Assembly: GCF_963921235.1 (NCBI RefSeq)
Contig: NC_086097.1
Location: 128,590,001-128,654,000, forward strand
Source of the DNA: Mobula hypostoma
Lineage: Eukaryota
Length of the DNA stretch: 64,000 nucleotides
Direction: 5' to 3'
The position numbers and the translations under genes were made by a program. Position 1 is the first letter of the stretch. Every line of letters starts with the position of its first letter. Of this stretch, positions 49,446 to 62,971 are shown one piece after another. The notes under the pieces are model-generated. The model made no database searches and was not told where the DNA came from. It was given only the letters and a program-made list of their open reading frames with translations.

Positions 49446-51344
49446 CTATGCTTTTTTTGTGTGCATGCTGTTTTGTCTGTGTTACATGTGGTAAAAGCAA
49501 GGCCGTGGGACAGACCCAGGAAGCCAGACAGTATTAGTAGAAAGGGAAAAGCTGAGCCAAAGGATGAGAGGCAGAAATGGCCAGCTCTAAATCAGGCAGA
49601 TAGAGTTAGTGAGTTAGGTAAAGTTCGAGAATTCAGTATTGAGTGTGGAGGGTTGCAACATGCCTAGTTAGAGGTAAAAAGTGTTTTTAACCTCATTCTA
49701 GACCTTGTTGCAACAGTACAGGAGGTCACAGACAGGTCAAAGAGGGATGGGGGAATTAAATAGGCAGGTGTTCAGAAGTTCAGGATGAGTTCTGCTTGAA
49801 TTTGGAATCATTCAATAAATTAATGCATGCTTTAACAAGAAGTCAACAGAAGCTTTATGCCTTGTCACACCCGAGTTGAATTTTTGTTTGATATGGCAAT
49901 GTACAAATGCTTACACTATTACACAAGTACAGAAAAAAAAAACTGTTGGAAGAACTCAGCATGTCAAACAGCATCTGTGGAAGCAAAGTGGTGGTCAACA
50001 TTTCCGGTCAAGACCTATACAATGTGTGCCACCACACTCCAGGGACGAGGAGCACGTAATTTTACTCAGCTGCCTTAAGAAGAAAGGAACATTTACTTCT
50101 ACATTGAAACTTCTCTTCTCCTCACTGTTTCAAGATTGTGTCTGTAATAAAATATGACACTTTGAAATGCAGTGTCTGGAGAGTGATAAATATGAATTAC
50201 TTGCAAGACATATTTTGTACATATACCATATTAATGACTTTTAATCCACCTATAATTCTGCTTTCGATCCAATGAATAATTTTCTTTTTATACCTTACTG
50301 TCATTGCTGTAGTCCACAATGATCTCCCAACAATAATGTTTCAGATCTACTTCTAAGTGTCATTAGCACTGTTTTCATTTTCCTGCAACTGTGCTATATA
50401 TAACTGTAATAGATGAATAGATGTTAAGGAGTAAGTATAGGGCCACAATTCAATCTCAAGAGTTCAAATGACGTCTATAAACCATAAAAATGAAGTTCAA
50501 GTGATTTATGGATGTAATCTGAATCGCTGGAATAAATTACAGCTGCATCACTCATTCCCAGTCATCCAGAATTCTATATGTCCCCATACTGTCCTGTTAT
50601 ATGTTTAACGCATTAGGTCAAACTACTCTGAATTCCATTTGCCACTTTACCAATTGCCAGCATTATTATCTCAATTATGCCACACTTTTGGAACTAGGAG
50701 AGTGTCAAAATCAATCATTATTTGGTCCCTCGTAGCCACTATATATTTATCACAACCTAGATTAATAATGAAAGGAAGGAAGTCAGTAGACCTTGTGGAT
50801 GATGCCCTGTTTGACCAAATATGAGTGCCCTGGTTTGACCAAATGTAGATTTTGGCCCGCTCTTATTTCTTGAGTATGGGCTGTGCACAACTCTGTCAAA
50901 TTCCTGAATGAGGTATTCTTGAGCAATCTTCACGCATATGATTACATTAAGTTTCATAGGGAAATATTTTTTAGTGCATGAGAAAATGCAAGGAGTGTAT
51001 GATAAAACATGGTTGCCTGTCTAAAAATAGGCAAGAAGAGCAGCTGCAGCACACATACTAAATCCTGGAGGAACTCAGCAGATCAGACAGTATCTATGGA
51101 AATAAATAAACTGTTGACTTGTCGGGGCAAGACCCTTCATCAGGCCAGGAAAGGAATGGGGAGGATGCCAGAATAAGGAGGGGGAGGAGGACAAGTTTGA
51201 AGGTGATAGGTGAAGCAAAAGGCAGGAGAGCAGCAGAGATCACAGAGAGGGAGTAGTGGGAGAGGATCTCAGTGAACTCCCAAGATTTAAACTTCTTCAG
51301 GGGAGGTATACCGCGAAGAGGCTTCGCAATGGAGCGACAAATCA

Positions 51345-52450
51345 TAAACACAAGAGATCCTGCAGATTCTGGAAATCCAAAGCAACACACACAAAATGCT
51401 AGAGAGACTCAGCAGGTCAGGCCTGAATGGAAATGAATAAACATTTGATATTGTGGGCTGAAATCTTTCATCGAAATTGGAAGGGAAGGGAAAAGATGCC
51501 AAAATAAAAAGGGGGGGGGGAGGGTGAGCAGAACAAGCTAGGTTAGCCTCTACATCCAACACATTATCTTCTGCATTTCTAACATCTCCAAAGGCATCTT
51601 ACCACTGAACATAACTTTACCTCCCCCTCCCCGCTTTCCACAGGAATCACTCCCTCCATGATTTGGTTGTCCATTTGTTCCTCGTCACTAATCTCCCTCC
51701 TGACACTTATCCTTGCAAACGGCCTAAGTGCTACACCTGCCCATTCACCTCCTCTCTCACCTCCATTTAGGGCACCAAACAGTCCTTCCAGGTGAGACAA
51801 CACTTCACCTGTGAATCAGCTAGGGTGGTCTATGAGTTCCTGATGCAGCCTCTTTTACATTGGTGAGACGCCTCATAAATTGGGTGACCGCTTCTCTGAG
51901 TACCTCCGCTCCCTCTACCAAATGTGTAACTTCCCAGTGGCCAAACATTTTAAGTCCAATTCCCATTCCCGGTCTGACATGTCAGTCCATGACCTCCTCT
52001 TGTGCCAAGATGAGGCTATCCTCAAGGTAGAGAAGCAATATCTTATATTCCAATATTCCATCTGGGTAGCCTCCAACCTGATAGCATGAATATCAATTTC
52101 TTCTTCCAGTAAAAATTATTCCCTCATCTCCCCTCTTCTATTCACCATTCTGGCCTTTTACCTCTTTTCACCTGCCTATCACTTGCCCCTCGGACCCCTC
52201 CTCCTTCACTTTCTCCTGTGGTCCACTCTCCTCTTCTACCAGATTCTTTCTTCTCCTGCCCTTCACCTTCCCCACACACTTTGCTTCGCCTATCACCTCC
52301 TAGCTAGCCTCCTGCCCCTCCCCCCACCATTTTATCCTGGTGTCTTTCCCCCTTACTTTTCAGTCCCGAAGAAGGGTCTTGACCCAAAATGTCGACTATT
52401 TATTCATTTCCATACATGCTGCCTGAACTGCTGAGTTCCTTTCATGTGTG
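51345..52450. mobile_element. Older PLE: inverted 3' fragment (minus, about 51345-51545) joined to a plus-strand GIY-YIG and 3' part
   Basis: GDRFSEYLRS, VAKHFKS; PLE tails face outward at both ends; another minus-strand tail at about 51045-51230. Confidence 0.8.
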
Positions 52451-52869
52451 TTACTTAGTCAAGGACCCTACTTGTTCCCACTTCCATCAGGCAGAAGCTA
52501 CGAAAGTTTGAGAACATGAACCATGGCAGCTTCTACCTGGCTTCTGTAAGAGTCTTGAATAGACCTTTTGTATGTTAAAGATAAACTCTATATCCTCCAG
52601 TCCATCTCCCACTTGCACCTTGTGTGTCTACCTGCACTCTTTAACTGCAATGCTATATTCTGCATTTTGTTATTATTTTCCTTTTGTACTACCTTGATGT
52701 ACTTCTGTTTGGAATGATATGTCTGGGTGGTATGCAAATAAAGCTTTACACAAACCTTGGTACATCTGACAATGACAAACCAATTACCTTTTGAAAATAA
52801 CTACCAAATCTGCCTAATCACCCTTTCAGGACAGTGCATTCCATACCAGAACAACTTGCTGAGGTTGTG

Positions 52870-53220
52870 TGGGACGGTAGCACAGCAGGTAGTGCTGCTG
52901 CCTCACTCTTCCAGCAACTTGGGTTCAGTCCTGACCTCAGGTACTGTCTGGTGCAGAGTTTGCAAGTTCCGCCTGTGGGTCGGGCAGGTTTCCAATGAAG
53001 TTTGGCTTCCTCACAAAGTCGTGTTGGTAACTCATTTGGCTGCTGTGCATTACCCCTTGAGTGCAGGTTAACAGTAAAGAGGGTCAAAGGGAATAAGTGG
53101 ACATGTGTGAGAGAGATGAAAGAGTACAGGACAATTGGGGGATCAGGGTAATGGGATTTCTCCTCAGAGCTAGCATGGATCCAATGGGGTGAATGGTCTC
53201 TCGCTCTCTCTGTAGTTATG
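52870..53220 (+). mobile_element. V-SINE
   Basis: GGTAGCACAGCAGGTAG A-box-like, GGGTTCAGTCCT B-box, GAGTTTGCAAGTTC V-domain. Confidence 0.7.
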
Positions 53221-54254
53221 AGGAATCCACTAATTTCCCATTTTCCTTTGCTCTCAGGGTACTGCTTTCCCCGCACTGTTGATAATTGTGATCACCTGTA
53301 ATACATTTCCTGTTCATATTCATGGACAGCATTCATGAGGTCCTATTATATGGAGGAGTTGACTGTGATGGACAGATTCTAATGAAGCCAAGCACCAACT
53401 AAATGAGAAAACAGACTGCTGGAGAAACTCAGCGGTCGAGCAGCATCTGTGAGGCAAAGAGATGACCAACAACTTTAGTCGAGACCCTGCATCAGAACTG
53501 ATTTTCTGAATTAGGACAGGGGTGGTGAACAGCATAACCCTCCTTTGAATTAATAATTGCCAAGTATTTCATGGCTGTTTGAAAGCATACAGATTTAGGA
53601 ACTGGATTACACTGTACAATATTCTTGTGCAAAGTACAATATGTCAGATTTTGTATATTCCCACTCATCCAGTACCCTGTACTGGTCCTCCATGCCTGCC
53701 AGGTACAGTGATATCAAATTACCCTGGCACACCATGTGCACAATTCACTTACAGAAACCAATGGGGATACATTTGGTTACTGTTAACCATGTCACTTACT
53801 CCATTGTTAATGAGCCTGAGGTGTTGGTTTTCTGGCATGTAGGTCCTCTTTAAGTTCCTTGCTCCCATTCTGAAATGGTGCTGAGGTCTTCAAAACCCCC
53901 TACTGCAGGTTAGGCCTAGCTCCCTGACTCACCAGTTCTGTCTGGGGCCTCACCTCCCTGCTGTTGATATAACCCTTCCCCTGATCATCTCCCACCAACT
54001 CGAGCCCTGTCTTCAATCCATCCAGATCCTCCCTCAATCTCATCTGATCCACGGCCTCCCTGATCATCTCTGTGCTATAGAGTATTGGTGCAAACATTTT
54101 GTGGGCACTTACATACTTGTTCAGTTCAAAAAAGAACAGAACACTTTGGGTCTTGTATGCAGTAGCAGCAATTACTTGCCAAGAACCACGATCCTATCAC
54201 TTTAGGGTCACCTTGAGGCTCATAAAGATTTCTTGGCCACAATTCCTTCATGCC

Positions 54255-54450
54255 AGACTGCTGATGCTGAAATCTGAAGCAATGAACAAAATGCTGAAGG
54301 AACTCAGCAGGTCAGGCAGCATCTGTGGAAGAAAATAGACCATCGACATTTTGGGTCGAGCCCATCTATTAATTCCAGATGAAGCAACTCGACCCAAAAC
54401 ATCAACTGTCCATTTCCCTCCACAGATATTCCTGACCTGCTGACTTCCTC
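54255..54450. repeat. Short inverted repeat of PLE 3' termini
   Basis: CAGCAGGTCAGG…GGGTCGAG / CTCGACCC…CCTGACCTGCTG. Confidence 0.75.
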
Positions 54451-56380
54451 TGGAGTATTAAAGTTACATCTCCTATATTCATTTTCTGACTATTAAAATT
54501 TGTAAAAAGAGTCAATAAAGACAAGAGTGACTTTTAAATACTTAGTGTGAAATTCTGAAATATCAGCTACAATGCTGCAGAAAGAAATGGGCAACATACT
54601 TAATCCACAAATGGTATGAGATAAAGATTCAAAGTATATTTATTATCGACGTATATATACGGTATACAATCCTATGATTCATATTCTTGCAAACAAAAGA
54701 AAAACCTTTGAACCCAGTTAAAGAAAAAACCCACATAGCAAAAACCATCAAACACACAACACACGAAAACAAGAACAAATCACGCAAGCAACAAAAAGTG
54801 AGGAGATAACACACAGAGCATTAAACCACAGAATCCCAAAAGTAAGTCCACAGCCATGAACCTCTGAGGCGGGTGAAGCTGGTCCAGGAACAAATTGTCA
54901 CAGAGCTAGTTCCATGCCGAAGTGCCTCGATCAAGTCGTGCAAATAGTAAAAAAGAGTAAACAAAAACAGATGGAACATGAACTGCAGTTCCCAAAAGGG
55001 AAAAAAAAGATAACTAAGGATGTAAGAGAGATTTCTTTCCTTATACACATTATAAAGAATTGTTCAAGCATTTCTGGATTCCTGAAGCCATCTGAGCATT
55101 TTACTTTCTTATATGTTATCCCGCTGTGAAGAGAACAAGTCTTTAATTGGATGACAGATCTTTTATTATTATCCACTTTCTTTAATACGGAAAACTATCA
55201 GTCCAAGTTAGGTACCAAGCCACAAGACACGATATCAGGATATATGACCAAAAGCTTGGTCAAAGAGATAAGCTTGAAGGGGCAGCTCAAAGGCGGAAAG
55301 AGCCGTATGAGGATGTACAGATGGAGCTGCAGGGTTTCAGTCAATGCCCTGAGGTCATGGTCACCATTAGTGATCCAACAAAAATTAGGAATACACAAGA
55401 CCAGAGTTCTGTGCATGGACGTATGTAGCTTTGGCTGATGAAAATCAATAAGTACCAATAACAATATATAGTATATAGTATGTAAGTGATAACATTAGAT
55501 TGGCATGTTCATGGCCAGGAGGGGGCAGGCAAGACAGACAGTGCATCTTGGGAGCTTCTGGTATGCATTTGTACCCTGCAGTTGGCAGTCATCATACCAG
55601 GGTTGTTTATCTAGAGGACTTCAGCAATTGATTACAAACCTGCTCAAAACTTCAGGCATTGATTTTGAAGTACTTGAAGAAATTATAATCATTTTCCTTG
55701 GATATAATACAAATTTGAGAAAAGCACTTACTTTTACTGTGTAGTATATTTGACTATTGCACCCCAGATTCTTCCTTGTCATTGATGACTGAGTTGTGAA
55801 CACTCAGTAACATTATTCCATGTAACCAATGGTAGATTTTGGATTTTTTTTCAGAAATCCAAAGGTTGCAGTTGTGATTCAGGGTTCTCCAATATCAGGC
55901 ACTGTTTGCCACTTTCTCCAGTGCAGTAAAGGAAAATCACTGGAATTAAACGTGAATTTGGATTATGAACTTTGAAAATTTTTCATATTGTTGCATGATA
56001 TTTACTGATATTCCACTGGTAAGTTATGCGGAATTATATAAAAATAAATAATTTTGGGACAGTATATTTAAGATTTATAGGCTTTTTGTTTTAAATATGT
56101 GGGGTATTTTTAGCATTTTTATTTAGTTTATTTTTGATATTTCCCCTTCTATCTCAATCATACATTAACATTGCAAAGTGCTTGGAATTTTCTGGGTATA
56201 ACAAGTAATTTGCATTCACTACTGCCCTATCCTTTTGTTCCACTCTTACCTTGTACTGATCTTCAAGCAGCAAACTCATCCCGGAAGCAAGCTCCAAGAT
56301 GGTCACAGAAAGCCTGAGTGGAATAAGGCCCTGCACAAAGATTTACTTTGACAGCAAGTTAAGCCATGCCCCTGGGTGGA

Positions 56381-56578
56381 GACACAAGAGACTGCAGATG
56401 CAGGAATCTGGAGCAACACAGAAATTGCTGGAGGACCCAAGTAGGTCAGGCGACATTTATAGAAGGAAATAGACATTAGACATATCAGGTTGAGACCCTT
56501 CATCTGGACCCAAAACTGTCCATTTCCCTCTATGAACATTGCCTGACATGCTGAGTTCCTCCAGCGCTTTCTGTGCTG
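56381..56578. repeat. Short inverted repeat of PLE 3' termini
   Basis: GCTGGAGGA…GTCAGGC / GCCTGAC…TCCTCCAGC. Confidence 0.7.
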
Positions 56579-57319
56579 AATCCGCTGTCAAAACTGATTT
56601 TGAATATCTCTGCAAAATATTTTTTGAAAATACTAGAAAAATGCTTAAAAACATTTATGATTAGACTCACAAAGAAAGACAGCAGTGGGTTGTTAATTCT
56701 TCCCAGTCTCAGGACGCCACCGTTGGAGTTCCGCAGGCCGACCATCTTCCTTGACCTTCCTTCCATCGTAAGGTGAGAAGTTGGGATGTTCACTTATGAT
56801 TATACGTTGTTCAGTTCCTTTAACAGCTCCTCGGTAAATAAAGCAGCCACACTGACGTACAGCAAGGCCCAGATATGGCTGATAAGTGCCAAGATATATT
56901 CATGTCACAGAAGTCTCAGGCAATGAGAATTTCCAACAAGAGAAAGACAAACTGCATAACCTTGACTTTCCCTGTCGTAACTATCACCAAGTTCACCACT
57001 GCCAATTTTTTTTGGTCATCATTATCTAGAAACTCATCTGGAACCACCATGTAAATACTACTTGTACAAGGGCAGGTCAGAATTTAGATATCTTGAAGTG
57101 TGTGGCTCACCTCCTGCTACCCATGACCTTTTTCTCTATGCACATGGCACAAGTTAGGAGGGTGATGAGTGCGGCATCAATAATTTTCAATAAACCTAAT
57201 TCAATCCAGGACCAAACATCCACCTGATTGACCCCATCCATTACTCAGAACATTCATGCCCTTCGCCATCAACACACAGTGTTTGCGATGTTTGGCATCT
57301 ACAAAATACACCAGGATTA

Positions 57320-59325
57320 GAACATAGAACATGCAACAGTACAGCACTGGATGGGCCATTTATCCCACAACGTTATGGTGGAATTGATGTCAATTTACAC
57401 TGAATGTCCCCCACTTGCATGACTTCAATACCTTTCCATTCCCTTCATATTCCTGTGTCTATCTAAAAGTATCTTAAACTCTACCAAACTCCCTGCTTCC
57501 ATGACTACCCCTGTTAATTCACTTCAGGCACCACTCTCTGCACCAAAAACTTGCCCTTCACATCGCCCTTAAACTTCCCTCCTCTAACCTTAAAAGCACA
57601 TCCTCTGGAGTTTGGCACTTCTACCCTGGAGCAGGATTCTAACTGTCTATCTTTTGTATGTCTTTCATCATTTTAAAAACCTTTGTCAGGTCTCCCTCAG
57701 CTTCTAGCACTCTAAGAACAACCCAAAAGACTGTAGGATCAGAATTAGGCCATTCAGCCCATCGAATCCACTCTGCCATTCCATCATGGCTGATTCTGGA
57801 TCCCACACAACTCGATACACCATATACCTTCACACCATAACCTTTGATGCCATGTCCATTCAGGAAACAATCAACTTTCACTTTAAATATTCCCACAGAC
57901 TTAGTCTCCACCGCAGTCTGTGGCAGAGTGTTCCACAGGTTCACTACTCTCAGGCTAAAAAATTCCTCCTTACCTCTGTTCTAAAAGGTCACCCCTCAAT
58001 TTTGAGGCTGTTCCCTCTAGTTCTGGACACCTCCACCATAGAAAACATCCTCTGCAGATCCACCTTATATAGTCCTTTCAATGTTCGGTAGGTTTCAATG
58101 AGATCCTCACACATTCTTCCAAATTCCAGTGAGTACAGGCCCAAAGCCACCAAACACTCCTCATATGTTAGTCCCCTCATTCCCGGAGTCAGCCTTTTGA
58201 ACCTTCTCTGGACTCTCTCCAATAACAACACAAACTATTGACAATACTCCAAGTGTGGCCTGACTAGAGTCTTAAAAGTCTCAACATTATCTCTTTGTTT
58301 TTATATTCTATTCCCCTTGAAATGAATGCCAACATTACATTTGCCTTCTTTTCACAGACTCAGCCTCTAAATTAACCTTCTGGGAGTCTTGCACCAGGAC
58401 TACTAAGTCCCTATGCACCTCTGATGTTTGAATTTTCTCCCCATTTAAGTAATAGTCTGCACTTTTGTTCCTTTCACCAAAATGCATTATCATACATTTC
58501 CCAGCACTGTATTCCATCTGCCACGTTTTAGCCCATTCTTCCCATTTGTGTAAATCCTTCAGCAATCACATTGCTTCCTCAGCACTACGTACCACTCCAC
58601 CCATCATCTGCAAACTTTGCCACAAAGCCATCAATTCCATTATCGAAATCATTGACAAACAATGTGAAAATGAACGGTCCCAGTACCAACCCCTAACAAC
58701 CCAAGATTGTCTAACCTTTCTTCATACCTTTCAATCCAGGCAGCACTCTGGTAAACCTCTTCAGCACACTCTCTACAGTCTCCACATCATTCCTATAATA
58801 GTGCAATGAGAACTGTAGACAATACTCAGTGCAGTCTGACTAAACAAACATAACTTCTTTACCCTTATACTCAATACTCCTCCCAATGATGGCAAGCATG
58901 CCATACTCCTTCTTTACAAACCTAACCGCTTGTGTAGACACTTTCAGTGAACTATGGACCTGGATATCAAGATCTCTCTGTACCTTAATGCTGCTAAGGG
59001 GGCTAACATTAACCATATACTTTGTCCTTTCATTTTTGATCTTCCAAAATGCAACACTTCACACTTTCCCAGCGTAAATACGATTGCCAATTCTCTGCCC
59101 ATATCTGTAATTTCTCTGCACTATTTCTCAGTGTATTCTTTGATAGTCCGTTACATTGTCCACAACTCCGCTAATCTTGATGTCATCTGCAAACTTGCAA
59201 ATTCAAACATCTACATTTTCATCCAAATCATTGATGTATTGTATATCATAAACAACAGAAGTCCCAGAACTGATCCTTATAGAGCACCATGATCAAGAAC
59301 TTCTAGGCAAAGTAATAACCTCCCT
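57320..59325 (-). mobile_element. Nested decayed CR1 fragments
   Basis: NLWNTLP, LERVQRRF, WQMEYSAGKC motifs and CR1 tails on the minus strand. Confidence 0.85.
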
Positions 59326-59721
59326 GAAAAATGAGTTTAAAGGAAAGCATTTAAGAATTGAAAATGAACTTCCCTCTCAATGTCAATATCAATGAAGTTA
59401 CTAGTCTAACCTCATGCATATTCAGTGGGAAGGTTACCAATGTAATTGGTGATGAAGATGGAACTGGGGTTTCATGCAAGCAAAGGAAATTTATCACCCC
59501 CTGGTGTGTATGACAATAAACTATTCTGAATCTGGATCCACAAGAAAGCTGCTATCAATGCATGGAATTACTAAAAGTTCTCAAAAAAATCAAGCCAAGT
59601 GAATTAAAAATTGAATTGAATTGAAACAACAGGAATTCTCCAGATGCTGGAAATTCAAGCAACATACATCAAAGTTGCTGGTGAACGCAGCAGGCCAAGT
59701 AGCATCTATAGGAAGAGGCGC

Positions 59722-59757
59722 AGTTGACGTTTCAGGCCGAGACCCTTCGTCAGGACT
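59722..59757 (-). ncRNA. Minimal hammerhead ribozyme copy (stem I variant, AACT instead of GACT)
   Basis: Core boxes CTGACGA and GAAA and the GTC triplet are intact. Confidence 0.75.
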
Positions 59758-60052
59758 AACTGAAGGAAGAGTGAGTAAGGGATTTGAAAGCTGGAGGGGG
59801 AGGGGGAGATGCAAAATGATAGGAGAAGACAGGAGAGGGAGGGATAGAGCCGAGAGCTGGACAGGTGATAGGCAAAAGGGGATACGAGAGGATCATGGGA
59901 CAGGAGGTCCGGGAAGAAAGACAAGGGGGGGGGGTGACCCAGAGGATGGGCAAGAGGTATATTCAGAGGGACAGAGGGAGAAAAAAGAGAGTGAGAGAAA
60001 GAATATGTGCATAAAAATGAGTAACAGATGGGGTACGAGGGGGAGGTGGGGC

Positions 60053-61355
60053 CTAGCGGAAGTTAGAGAAGTCGATGTTCATGCCATCAGGTTGGAGGCT
60101 ACCCAGACGGAATATAAGGTGTTGTTCCTCCAACCTGAGTGTGGCTTCATCTTTACAGTAGAGGAGGCCGTGGATAGACATGTCAGAATGGGAATGGGAT
60201 GTGGAATTAAAATGTGTGGCCACTGGGAGATCCTGCTTTCTCTGGCGGATAGAGCGTAGATGTTCAGCAAAGCGGTCTCCCAGTCTGCGTCGGGTCTCAC
60301 CAATATATAAAAGGCCACATCGGGAGCACCGGACGCAGTATATCACCCCAGTCGACTCACAGGTGAAGTGATGCCTCACCTGGAAGGACTGTTTGGGGCC
60401 CTGAATGGTGGTAAGGGAGGAAGTGTAAGGGCATGTGTAGCACTTGTTCCGCTTACACGGATAAGTGCCAGGAGGGAGATCAGTGGGGAGGGATGGTGGG
60501 GACGAATGGACAAGGGAGTTGTGTAGGGAGCGATCCCTGTGGAATGCAGAGAGAAGGGGGGAGGGAAAGATGTGCTTAGTGGTGGGATCCCGTTGGAGGT
60601 GGCGGAAGTTACGGAGAATAATATGTTGGACCCGGAGGCTGGTGGGGTGGTAGGTGAGGACCAGGGGAACCCTATTCCTAGTGGGGTGGTGGGAGGATGG
60701 AGTGAGAGCAGATGTACGTGAAATGGGGGAGATGCGTTTAAGAGCAGAGTTGATAGTGGAGGAAGGGAAGCCCCTTTCTTTAAAAAAGGAAGACATCTCC
60801 CTCATCCTAGAATGAAAAGCCTCATCCTGAGAGCAGATGCGGCGGAGACGGAGGAATTGCGAGAAGGGGATGGCGTTTTTGCAAGAGACAGGGTGAGAAG
60901 AGGAATAGTCCAGATAGCTGTGAGAGTCAGTAGGCTTATAGTAGACATCAGTGGATAAGCTGTCTCCAGAGACAGAGACAGAAAGATCTAGAAAGGGGAG
61001 GGAGGTGTCGGAAATGGACCAGGTAAACTTGAGGGCAGGGTGAAAGTTAATAAAGTCAAAGAGTTCTGCATGCGTGCAGGAAGCAGCGCCAATGCAGTCG
61101 TCAATGTAGCAAAGGAAAAGTGGGGTACAGATACCAGAATAGGCACGGAACATAGATTGTTCCACAAACCCAAAACAAAGGCAGGCATAGCTAGGACCCA
61201 TACGGGTGCCCATAGCTACACCTTGAGTTTGGAGGAAATGGGAGGAGCAAAAGGAGAAATTATTAAGAGTAAGGACTAATTCCGCTAGACGGAGCAGAGT
61301 GGTGGTAGAGGGGAACTGATTAGGTCTGTAATCCAAAAAGAAGCGTAGAGCTTTG
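60053..61355 (-). pseudogene. 5'-truncated PLE ORF (RT C-terminal half plus GIY-YIG), open
   Basis: GVAMGT, YIDD, FLDL, KPTD, RICS, CKRNKCYTC, IYC…YIGET; lacks the N-terminal RT motifs and a true ATG start. Confidence 0.9.
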
Positions 61356-62642
61356 AGACCTAATCAGTTCCCCTCTACCACCACTCTGCTCCGTCCAGCG
61401 GAATTAGTCCTTACTCTTAATAATTTCTCCTTTTGCTCCTCCCATTTCCTCCAGACTAAAGGTGTAGCTATGGGCACCCGTATGGGTCCTAGCTATGCCT
61501 GCCTTTGTTTTGGGTTTGTGGAACAATCTATGTTCCGTGCCTATTCTGGTATCTGTCCCCCACTTTTCCTTCGCTACATCGACGACTGCATTGGCGCTGC
61601 TTCCTTCACGCATGCAGAACTCGTTGACTTTATTAACTTTGCCTCCAACTTTCACCCTGCCCTCAAGTTTACCTGGTCCATTTCCGACACCTCCCTCCCC
61701 TTTCTAGATCTTTCTGTCTCTGTCTCTGGAGACAGCTTAACCACTGATGTCTACTATAAGCCTACTGACTCTCACAGCTATCTGGACTATTCCTCTTCTC
61801 ACCCTGTCTCTTGCAAAAACGCCATCCCCTTCTTGCAATTCCTCCGTCTCCGCCGCATCTGCTCTCAGGATGAGGCTTTTCATTCTAGGACGAGGGAGAT
61901 GTCTTCCTTTTTTAAAGAAAGGGGCTTCCCTTCCTCCACTATCAACTCTGCTCTTAAACGCATCTCCCCCATTTCACGTACATCTGCTCTCACTCCATCC
62001 TCCCACCACCCCACTAGGAATAGGGTTCCCCTGGTCCTCACCTACCACCCCACCAGCCTCCGGGTCCAACATATTATTCTCCGTAACTTCCGCCACCTCC
62101 AACGGGATCCCACCACTAAGCACATCTTTCCCTCCCCCCCTCTCTCTGCATTCCGCAGGGATCGCTCCCTACACAACTCCCTTGTCCATTCGTCCCCCCC
62201 ATCCCTCCCCACTGATCTCCCTCCTGGCACTTATCTGTGTAAGCGGAACAAGTGCTACACATGCCCTTACACTTCCTCCCTTACCACCATTCAGGGCCCC
62301 AAACAGTCCTTCCAGGTGAGGCATCACTTCACCTGTGAGTCAACTGGGGTGATATACTGCGTCCGGTGCTCCCGATGTGGCCTTTTATATATTGGTGAGA
62401 CCCGACGCAGACTGGGAGACCGCTTTGCTGAACATCTACGCTCTGTCCGCCAGAGAAAGCAGGATCTCCCAGTGGCCACACATTTTAATTCCACATCCCA
62501 TTCCCATTCTGACATGTCTATCCACGGCCTCCTCTACTGTAAAGATGAAGCCACACTCAGGTTGGAGGAACAACACCTTATATTCCGTCTGGGTAGCCTC
62601 CAACCTGATGGCATGAACATCGACTTCTCTAACTTCCGCTAG
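61356..62642 (+). pseudogene. 5'-truncated PLE ORF (RT C-terminal half plus GIY-YIG), open
   Basis: Mirror of the minus arm: QTKGVAMG, RYIDD, GIY-YIG motifs. Confidence 0.9.
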
Positions 62643-62935
62643 GCCCCACCTCCCCCTCGTACCCCATCTGTTACTCATTTTTATGCACACATTCTTTCTC
62701 TCACTCTCCTTTTTCTCCCTCTGTCCCTCTGAATATACCTCTTGCCCATCCTCTGGGTCACCCCCCCCCTGTCTTTCTTCCCGGACCTCCTGTCCCATGA
62801 TCCTCTCGTATCCCCTTTTGCCTATCACCTGTCCAGCTCTCGGCTCTATCCCTCCCCCTCCTGTCTTCTCCTATCATTTTGCATCTCGCCCTCCCCCTCC
62901 TGCTTTCAAATCCCTTACTCACTCTTTCTTCAGTT

Positions 62936-62971
62936 AGTCCTGACGAAGGGTCTCGGCCTGAAACGTCGACT
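62936..62971 (+). ncRNA. Minimal hammerhead ribozyme copy
   Basis: AGTCCTGACGAAGGGTCTCGGCCTGAAACGTCGACT. Confidence 0.85.

Noticed and set aside
59621..60259. Recurrent antisense ORFs (also 6313-6897, 7953-8453, 62436-63018)
   Set aside because: Purine-rich reverse strand of the PLE 3' UTR; they recur only because the element is repeated, and their frames differ between copies.
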